Shown here: positions 54,794 to 64,000 of the stretch, one piece after another | Layout: each line of letters begins with the position of its first letter | Numbering within the stretch: the stretch's first letter is position 1 | Made by a program: the position numbers and the translations under genes | Assembly (NCBI GenBank): GCA_964016885.1 | Contig: OZ024745.1 | Coordinates: 24,490,001-24,554,000 of the forward strand | Direction: 5' to 3' | DNA length: 64,000 nucleotides | Source of the DNA: Eledone cirrhosa | Lineage: Eukaryota | Notes under the pieces: generated by a model | The model's database searches: none | What the model saw: only the letters and a program-made list of their open reading frames with translations | What the model was told of the DNA's origin: nothing

Positions 54794-56711
54794 ATGTTAA
54801 ACGAAGCTAACGAAAATAGTGGTGGGGGGGACAGCGATAAGAGTTGTAAGCTCGCACGCTTTAGTCCCCCCCTCCTTCCTTCCCAACTAACGTCATAGAG
54901 AAGGAAAGAAAAAATAAAATAAAAACAGACGAATGTGCGGAGAAAAATGACGAAAACACAAATCTGGACATTGATTCCAAAAACAAACAAAATATTGAAA
55001 AATTGCATGACAATATTAATACCACAAACAAAGACACAACAAGCACAAAAATAACATTTGAAAACAACACCATAACAGAAAGCAAAGCAGACGACAAAGT
55101 CAACACGAATAATATTTCATTTGCACGAACAACAAAGAAATCTTTGACATATATACCTGAAAATATTTCAGATGTGGCACAAAGAATTATAAACGCCAAA
55201 CAATACATAACTCAAGGGGAAAATGGTATTTTATCGGTAAAAATGCCTCAAGAACTCACCAAAGACTTTGAAAGTCGGACGGTCGTTTTCCGCACCATCA
55301 ACAACATTTCTCAAAAACCTCAACAGCCAACACAAACAGAAAACAAAGCAGTACTTACAGAAGTACTTAATGAAACCACTTTCATAAGAAGAGACAGACT
55401 GTATGGAAGCCTAGCGATGAAGCCTAGCGATGAAGAACGAATCGGCGGCAAAAAAATGTGCTTTGTCGCCGATTCGTTCGACAAATTTTACCTTTTATCC
55501 ATCTTATATGGGTAAAAGAACTCAGCGCATATGGCTGGATGCAATGATGCCAGATGTGGACTACTGCTGGCTCATAGCTGGCTTCATCGATCCAGCGAAT
55601 GACAACGTGATTTCCATTGGGAAAAACCACAGGCAATGCGTTCAGTGGAACAGGTATAGAACTTGTAGTGCAAATGAAGCCTGAACGCATCGCCCAAATA
55701 CCCGACAGAATCCTATTAGAGGACCACGGGTATATAAACATTAGCGTGGAGGGGAGAAGGCCGTCCTGTCATATCTGTGCAGGCAGAGGGCACCTGAAGG
55801 CGGCTTGTCCCCAACTCAACAAAAAGAAAACCCTGCTACCAACACCAGCTCCACCACCACCACAACAGATAAACAAACAACAAAACTCAGTCCCACCCAA
55901 CCCGTCCCTCAGTAAAACTACACCACCACCACAACACAAACAGTCACAACACATTACCCAAAAACAAAACACAGTCCCACCCAACCCCTCACTCAATAAA
56001 ACAACACAACCACCGCAGCCACAACACACAACACAGTCTAACATAGTGACATCCATCTCCCCCACAAAGAAAACCAACACGGAAACATTACCAGCAAACA
56101 TACCTCTTCCCTCCAACACTGAAGATAACCCAACGAATTCGGAGGAAGAAACGGAGTCCTTCAGACAGATTAAAAGGAAAAAAAGAAAACATGTGCAAAA
56201 CACACAAGGCCAAACAACCCCTACCCAAATGTCAACACAATCCAATAAAACACAAAACACCCCTCCAGCAACAAACAAAACCAAACCTGCCCCTCCCCTC
56301 TTTGAAACACTCACACCATCCGAAAAAAAGACATTACACTATACTTACATCAACAGAAACAATAATAAATTAAATGAACTCATAAACAATAATCTTTCGG
56401 TACAAACCGAAGGTGTAAACTTTGTTTCTTCAGAAAACTACCCACATTTAAAATTAATAAAGATCCCAATGAACCTCTACCAAAAACTAAAATAGGATTT
56501 TAAGGAGGACGTAGGACCACCCCCTGTCAAACCCATAAACCGCGTCCTACTAAAAAGCTTTCCCCCTCCCCTTACCCTCCCCAACACAACTCCAAACACC
56601 CCAACCCCACCACACACTGACGACCCCACACCACCACAAGACACCCCTTCACCCAACACCCCCGACCCCATGGAAGTCGTGCGACCCGAACCCCGGGAAG
56701 CAGAAAGGTAG
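54794..56711 (+). pseudogene. ORF1 of an L1/Tx1-type LINE (disrupted)
   Basis: Zinc knuckle CHICAGRGHLKAAC after ISVEGRRP, then a low-complexity tail. Stops and frameshifts. Lies directly upstream of the APE-RT ORF2. Confidence 0.75.
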
Positions 56712-56744
56712 GTCTCTACACTCTCCTTTGGCTTTGCCGCCCAC

Positions 56745-59284
56745 ATGGATGTGTTAAGAGTAGGATGTTTGAATGCACGTGGCCTGGGCTCAACTTGGAA
56801 GCAAGCAAAGCTTCTAAATGACCTCAGGTCACGTGGTATAAATGTAATGGTTATCTGTGAGACTCGGATCAGCGTCGTGCGGCAGCTGGCCCCTACCTTC
56901 GATGACTTTGAGGTGCATGCATCTCTCTGTCAACCTGGAGGTGGGGGTGGGGTTGTCGTACTGCTGGAAAAACACCTGGGTCTCGCCGTACAGGTTGTTC
57001 ACTCGGACCCGGAGGGTCGTTTGTTGGTGCTAGACGTTGGCAGTAGTGAAGGTGCGGCCTTGAGACTGGTCGCCGTCTACTCCCCTTTCGGAGCTGAATG
57101 GCCCGACTTCTTCCAGCGTTTGGAGACTTTTCTGGGAACGTCGCGTTCCCTGCTTCTAGTGGGGGATTGGAATGACATCCTAGATGCACGTTGGGACTAT
57201 GCAGGAGCATGTCCTAATAGAGGGGGGTGTAACAGCCTCAAGGGGTTACTCGGCCGTTTTAACTTGGTCGATAGATATCGACTAGATTTTCCAACTGTGC
57301 CAATCTGGACTTGGACGAACCACAGTGGTCAGTCTAGATCGTACTTAGATATATTCTTAGTTAGAAGTAAGGATAGGGACATATTAAGCTGTCCAGAAAT
57401 GCTCACGGTTGACTATACGGATCACAAATTAGTGACCTGCGTAGTCAATCTCGAGAAAACACATAAACAGGGTCCCGGTTACTGGAAACTTAATTTGTCT
57501 TTACCGGCAAAAGAGACTTACAGAAAACGGATTAGCAGATTAGTTAAGGAGAGGTTGACGGGTGCAATCGTCAACAACCGATGGTGGGTATCTCTCAAAA
57601 GAGAGATTAGAACAGAATCAATAAGTTATAGCAAGATGTTAGCTGCCGATAGGAATAGAAACGAGAAAGAATTAACAGGTAAATTAGAAGAGGCAATCAA
57701 GAGCGAAGATGTGACCAGAGTGCTGGCATCGAGGATGGCCTTGAACCAGTTTTTCGATGCAAAGCACGAAGGCTGCGTCATTCGAAGTAAAATACGTGCT
57801 CTAGGTAATGAGGGGGCCAAAGCCGTTGGCTGGGCCCGCGTGACAGAAGCTAAGAGTGGAAATCGATCCACCATCCGGTCTTTGCAAGACGAGGATGGAC
57901 GGGTGATCCGGGAGCCTAAGCAGATGTGCGAGGCCTTTCAAAGGCACTTTGCCCGATTATTCGGGGGAGGCGAGGGTCTGGGCGGGGACGTGGATTTCGG
58001 TCCATACCTCGACGGTCCATACCTCGAGCGAAGAGGAAGAGTCCTGCGAGGGACCAATCTCGGCTGATGCGATCGGGGATGCGCTGAGCCAATGCAGCAG
58101 ACGCAAATCTCCAGGTCTCGATAGTATACCTTACGAACTTTATTTAGCAATACCGGTCTTCTTCTCCGAACTCCTCGAAGCGGTCTACTGCAATTGGCAG
58201 CAGAACGGGAGAATTCCTTGTTCTGTAACCAAGGGCGTAGTCTCGCTGGTGAGGAAGGACGAGAACAAGGGGGATAGTATAAATAATTTTCGGCCCATAA
58301 CCCTGCTAAACACAGAGTTAAAGATTTTGGCCAAGATGTTAGCAAAGAGGTTGGCGCTTGTCGTGGGTGGCCTGGTGGGAGATGCGCAGACATGAACTAT
58401 CCCATCCAGGTCCATTCACGATAACCTCCACCTCATGCGATACATCATAGAGAGGGTTGGCAACAAACCCGGCTTCGGTGGGGCCCTGATCAACTTGGAT
58501 CAGTCTAAGGCCTTCGATAGGGTCGACCATGGTTACCTGGATGCGGTGCTAGCGGCGGCTGGGTTCGGTCCTGTTTTCAGAGGCTGGATCACTGCCTTAC
58601 ATAGCAACCACATCTACCATTCGACAGGGGTGACCTCTCCTCCTCCCTTCTGTACGTATTGACTCTCGAGCCTTTACTGAGGAAGTTAGAGTTGTTGCAG
58701 GGTATCCTCCTGGAACCAGGATTGAGCAAAGCGGTGTCGGCCTACGCCGATGACGTAACAGTAATGGTATCGACCGACTCGGAAATCGAGGCGATCGGTA
58801 CCTTACTGGAGGATTACGAAAGGTTGTCAGGAGCGAAACTGAACCGGGAAAAATCCATCGGGCTGCAACTCGGAACGTGGAGAGGCAGACCGATGCCTCC
58901 CGACGGTGTCGTCGGACACTGGACGGAGGGCCCGGTGAAGTTGCTTGGGGTCTGGTTTGGACCGGACCTCCAGGTGGAAAAGAACTGGGACGAGGTTACG
59001 AACAAGGTGTTTGCACTAACCTAGAAATGGGCCAAGTGTAAGCTGTCCCTAAAAGGTCGGGCGGAGGTGGCGAACATTTACATAGCGTCCGTCACTTACT
59101 ACCGCCTGACTGTCGTGCCTTGCCCGAAGGAAACACTCACCACCATGGAACGCATGCTCTTCCAATTTCTTTGGAAGAAGCGCCCTCCTATGGTGAGAAG
59201 ATCCATCTGCTGCCAACAACCTTCGAAGGAGGGCTGGGGATGCCGTGGTTGATGATGCGTAGGCACGCATTAAGGCTATAGCAC
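56745..59284 (+). pseudogene. ORF2 of an L1/Tx1-type LINE (APE endonuclease + RT), disrupted
   Basis: VGCLNARGL, ICET, GDWN, SYLD, TDHK, GYWKLN, KSPGLD, NFRPITLLN, LDQSKAFDRVDH, AYADD. Confidence 0.92.
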
Positions 59285-59524
59285 TGTAGTAAGACGCCTC
59301 ACGCTCCTTGATAGAACAACGCCGGTTGAGAACGCCAGAAAGAAAAGACAGACAGCCACTGGAAAGCCGACGGATCACACGCCAGATACCAGCCTCTGTA
59401 CAACACCATTGTTTGTGCTACAACAAAAAATAAACGTATATTTCATCTCTAATTTCTGCTGTTATTATGTCACTTGCATCTCGATAACATCTACAACTAA
59501 TACTGCTAAAGTGGTGACCGACGT
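59285..59524 (+). promoter_or_regulatory. 5' LTR (ending at 59495 or about 59510) and tRNA-Trp-like PBS (59512-59524)
   Basis: Starts TGTAG, contains AATAAA, has CTACA at 59491-59495. TGGTGACCGACGT resembles the tRNA-Trp PBS TGGTGACCCCGACGT minus 2 nt. Confidence 0.65.
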
Positions 59525-60403
59525 AAGAATTTAACGCAGCCCTTCTTTTTCATCAATTGAACTTTTATTGCCACATTGTCGGCCCTTTTTTTCGCATCTT
59601 GCGGAAATAAAAAATAATCCTTTTAAAATTATCGAAAAATTAGTAGTATTTCATAAACTTTTTGCTACACTCGAGAACAACAACGACAGCAGCATCAGCG
59701 ACAACATTGTTTAACCACTGACCAAAACAGGGAATAGTGAGTGGCAGCTTCATAGCCTTACCGACGCAAACCACCACACATCGGAAATATCAAAACGATT
59801 CATTCGTGTCGATAATTTAGAGCGACTTTTTTTTTATTCACTTGAATATTCCATTTCCGTTGCCAACTTTTTCGCAACTTACAGAAGAAAAAAGAAAAAA
59901 GTGTATTTTTCCAAGGTGGCGTTGCGTTCCTTCCCAGTTTTGTAACGGACACATATTTTGAATTGCGTGTGTGTTCCATGACTGATCAAGAGAGAAGAGA
60001 CTAAACTTTTTTTTGTGAACATAACTGCCCCGCATGGGGATATACATGCCTTACCTTTTTCTAAGGGATTTTTAGCCACTGGCTACCTTTGTTGATATCC
60101 AACGCGGATATATTTAAAAAAAAAAAAAAACATTTTTTTTCTTCCTCTTTTTTACCTTATTTGATTTGGCTGGTTCGTTGAAGCAACGCGAGGGGACAGA
60201 CGTTAAAAGAAAAATTTTTTTTTTTAAAGATATATATCTGTATTTTATGTATTTTGAATATTTCCTTATGTTTTGAATGTCTGTTTCTTTTTGCCCTTTA
60301 ACTTTTTCTCGCTATTGGCTGTTCTCTTTTCACTGTACAAGGGTGCATTAATTGCTCTTTCGATATATAGGTATATATATTTGTTTTAATTTTAAAAGTT
60401 GAC

Positions 60404-61184
60404 ATGAATGTACCACATTTGCCCGCCTTTACTGGAAAACCTAAGATGTGGTTTGCCCAGTTACAGGCGTATTTTACGGTCTGTAAGACCGAATCTGACC
60501 AGCGCCTCGCTGTACTGATTAGCGGCCTTCCCCCTAATCTAGCAGATTCGGTCCAAGACCTAATTACAGATCCCCCCCCCCTCTGACTTGACGTATGAGT
60601 TTTTGAAGGGCGAGATTTTGAGGAGGAATTGTAAGTCGGTAGAGAGTCGTTTTCGGTCACTGATCGGGGACGAACGATTAGGTGACAGGACCCCTACCGC
60701 TTTTCTCCGGCATTTGCGGGATTTGAGCGATTCCCAAGATCAGGATAGCCCTTTCCTGAAGCAATTGTTCTTCTCTCGCCTACCTCAAGAGGTACAGGCG
60801 ATCCTAGCCCATATGCTAGAGGTGAATACCCTGGATCACATTGCTGTCTCTGCTGACAAAATTGTAGAGGTGACGAAGAGAGACACTTCGAAGCCAAAGT
60901 ACGTTGCTTCCTCTTCTCTTCCTCAATCACGCTCATCAGCGTCTGATGACAAATTAATCACCACTGTGGAAGCCGTGACTCGTCAAATGGCGGAGTTGTG
61001 CACGGAATTCAGGTCCTTTGGACGGCAGAGGAGCCGCTCACGACGTTATTCAACTTCTCGCCACCGTAGCCCTTCCAACACACCAGGAACAACATATTGT
61101 TATTACCATGAAAGATATGGTAAAAAAGCCGCCCGTTGTAGGCCTCCTTGTGCTTACGAGGGAAAAGACGACCAGAGTCACTAA
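60404..61184 (+). pseudogene. gag: Gypsy gag (frameshift in the poly-C run near 60575)
   Basis: [56 protein letters not shown]. Confidence 0.85.
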
Positions 61185-63654
61185 CGGCGGATAGTGCGCT
61201 CTGCGAAACAACATCTAACCGCCACTTTTTCATTGAGGACCTGCTGTCAGGTAGAGCTTTTCTGGTTGACACAGGTGCAGCTTGTTCCGTATGGCCTGTG
61301 TGTTGTATGAAGGAGACTCCCCCTGAGACGCCTATTGAGTTGCAGGCAGTAAATTGTTCGCCGATTCGAACTTTCGGACAAATCTCGTTACCTTTGCAGT
61401 TTCGTAATCTGCGGCGCGAGTTTAAATGGATATTTACTGTCGCTGCCTTGCCGTATCCGATTCTAGGCGCGGATTTTCTCCACCATTTTTCATTGACGGT
61501 GGACCTTCGTGGTAAACGCCTAATTGATGGCATCACGGGATTAGCTGTTGTTGGCAAGGCAGCAGGAGTTCCAACGGTTAGCCCGATATTTTTTCTTGCT
61601 AACACCGGTGATCCTTTCCATGCGTTGTTGAACTCGTTCCCGCAACTGACACAGGGGAATTTTCGATTTGATGAACCTACTCATACCACGGAGCACTTCA
61701 TATCTACAACTGGTGCTCCCGTGTTCTCTCGCCCTCGTCGCTTGCCTCCGGACAAACTCAAAGCAGCACGATCAGAGTTTGATCATATGCTGCAAATGGG
61801 GATTATTCGTCCGTCCACGAGCCCGTGGGCGTCCCCATTGCACATGGTACCGAAAGCGAATGGCGATTGGAGACCTACTGGAGATTATCGACGCCTGAAT
61901 TCGATAACGGTACCGGACCGTTATCCTATCCCTCATCTGCAAGACTTTGCGTCTTCGTTGCAGGGATGCAAGATATTCTCCAAACTGGATTTAATTCGTG
62001 CGTACCATCAAATTCCTGTCCATAAAAATGACATTCCAAAAACGGCTATAGTTACGTCATTTGGGTCTTTCGAGTTTTTGACTATGCCGTTCGGATTAAG
62101 GAATGCCGCTAGTACTTTTCAGCGGTTTATGGATGAGGTTACTCGCGGCCTCGATTTCGTCTATACCTATATTGACGATCTGCTCATTGCTAGTTCTTCT
62201 CCAGAGCAGCATACGCACCATTTGAATCTTCTTTTCCGCCGATTGAAGGCGTATAACGTGCAGCTTAATGCACCCACATGTGTTTTTGGCGCTGAGTCAC
62301 TGACTTTGTTGGGTCACGTCATCGATGCTGACGGAATTCGACCCCGGCCTGAGTGAGTTAAGGTCATAGAGGATTTGCCTCCACCGACCTCACTACGTCA
62401 GTTACGCCAGTTCTTAGGTCTGGTTAACTTTTATAGGCGTTTCGTGCCAAATTGTGCCAAGTTGCTTTTCTCCCTGACAGAAATTTTGAAAAATTGTCGG
62501 AGGAAGAACAAAGATATTTCTTTGACAGACACTCAACTTGCTGATTTTCAGCACGCCAAAACTGTTTTGGCTAATGCTTCGTTACTGACTCACCCGGTAC
62601 CCGGTGCAAAGCTAACGCTTTGTGTTGATGCATCGGATATCGCTGTGGGCGCAGTACTACAGCAAAACGTCAATGGTTACCAGCAACCGCTGGAGTTTTT
62701 TTCCAAAAAGCTAAATCCTGCTGAGACGCGCTACAGCACCTTTGGAAGAGAGCTTTTAGCCATCTATTTGGCCGTGAAACATTTTTCACATGTGCTAGAG
62801 GGTAGACAATTTACTATCCTCACTGACCATAAACTATTGACTTTTGCTTTGAGAGCGAAGGCTGATAAATACTCGCCCAGAGAGACGAGACACCTTGATT
62901 TCATCTCGCAATATACGAGTGATATCCAGCACATTCCGGGTTCACTAAATACAGCGGCCGATACTTTGTCCCGCTTACCCGTGACAGCGATCTCGTCACC
63001 CTCTGACATAGATCTGACTCGTTTGGCTGCGGATCAGCCTCCCCTTGAGTCACTGGATGTCACATCGCCCGAGTTTGCGAATTGCGAGATGAAATACTTG
63101 CCTCTGTCGACTGTAGTTGGCCAAATTCTCTGCGACGTCTCTTTGGACGTGCCTAGGCCCTTCGTTCCAGAGAATCATCGTCGGACCGTGTTTCTGGGAT
63201 TACATTGTATCTCGCATCCAGGATCTTCTGCCACAGCAAAGCTCATATCAGCTAGATTTTTCTGGCCAAATATGAGGCGTGAAATTGCTGCTTGGTGCCG
63301 TTCCTGCGTCGCTTGCCAGAGATCAAAGGTCCATCGACACGTCAAGGCTCCCCTGGGTACCTTTGCTAACCCAGATGCGCGTTTTTCGCATATTCATATT
63401 GACATAGTGGGACCTTGGCCTGTCAGCGATGGTTTTTCTTATCTACTTACCGTCATTGACCGTTTTTCGAGATGGCCTGAGGCCATCCCCTTGAAAAACA
63501 TCACCGCGGAGACAACAGCACGTGCTCTTGTGTCTGGATGGATCTCTCGTTATGGAGTTCCATCCACAATAACTACCGACCGTGGACGACAGTTCGAGTC
63601 GAGCCTTTTCCTCGAGCTGTCAAAAATAATTGGTGCTAAACGCATTCGAACTAC
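61160..63654 (+). pseudogene. pol: Gypsy pol (protease, RT, RNase H, partial integrase) with a premature TGA at 62354
   Basis: Slippery GGGAAAA at the gag-pol overlap. [55 protein letters not shown]. Confidence 0.92.
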
Positions 63655-64000
63655 GGCTGGGGATGCCGTGGTTGATGATGCGTAGGCACGCATTAAGGCT
63701 ATAGCACCTACAGGTATTCCTCACTGGTCAACCGGCGTGGGCTCCGTTCGTGAAACCGAGCTGCAGTCCTGGGTCAAGCAAAGATCCGGAAAACTGGGAG
63801 ACTGGCCCACTGAGTGTGCCCAGGCGCTCAGGGCTCTCTGGCAAGCGGGCCAGGCCATCGGTGGAGAATCCACCTCATCATTCTATAGAGGGCTGGTGGC
63901 TAGCAGGGGCGATGACACCCTTGGAGAGTCGCTGGACATGGAAGAGGACGAACTGGCCAGCCTGTTCGGTAGGACTTTCGGCCCGGGACCAATGGACAAC
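63655..64000 (+). pseudogene. Continuation of the Tx1-type ORF2, starting with a 53-bp duplication of 59232-59284
   Basis: [31 protein letters not shown] is collinear with the minus-strand copy at 17824-18348. Runs off the window. Confidence 0.9.

Larger units (their letters stand above)
59285..63654 (+). mobile_element. Ty3/Gypsy LTR retrotransposon with 5' LTR only, truncated inside integrase
   Basis: LTR, PBS-like site, gag and pol in PR-RT-RH-IN order. Stops at RIRTTA, before the usual YHP..E motif. Confidence 0.93.

Noticed and set aside
63708-63712. CTACA as remnant of a 3' LTR end
   Set aside because: It is collinear LINE coding sequence (LQVF versus LHVF in the paralog).

Overview
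Eukaryotic, AT-rich DNA full of microsatellites and transposons. The tRNA-SINE families and repeat style suggest an octopus/coleoid cephalopod (inference). No host protein-coding gene is firmly identified, and most listed ORFs are microsatellite translations. Retroelements: a young, nearly intact Penelope-like element (PLE; RT + GIY-YIG) in partial-tandem form with an inverted pLTR piece (34718-40424); a related PLE tail-to-tail with it; a Neptune-type PLE and two other PLE endonuclease relics; an R4/Dong-type element in (CATA)n; two bipartite non-autonomous RTE copies; an L1/Tx1-type element interrupted by a one-ended Ty3/Gypsy insertion. Also many SINEs, hAT-type MITEs and a Helitron-like element. 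The main unannotated signal is about a dozen type-I hammerhead ribozyme (HHR) motifs from several PLE-type families, some with a much enlarged stem II. Six short insertions in or beside (TA)n-rich tracts are near-perfect fold-back palindromes. Most turn at an RNA hairpin, often HHR stem II, and end by TA microhomology. This suggests a recurrent hairpin-directed way of completing PLE integration. All structures were read by eye; nothing was computed or searched.
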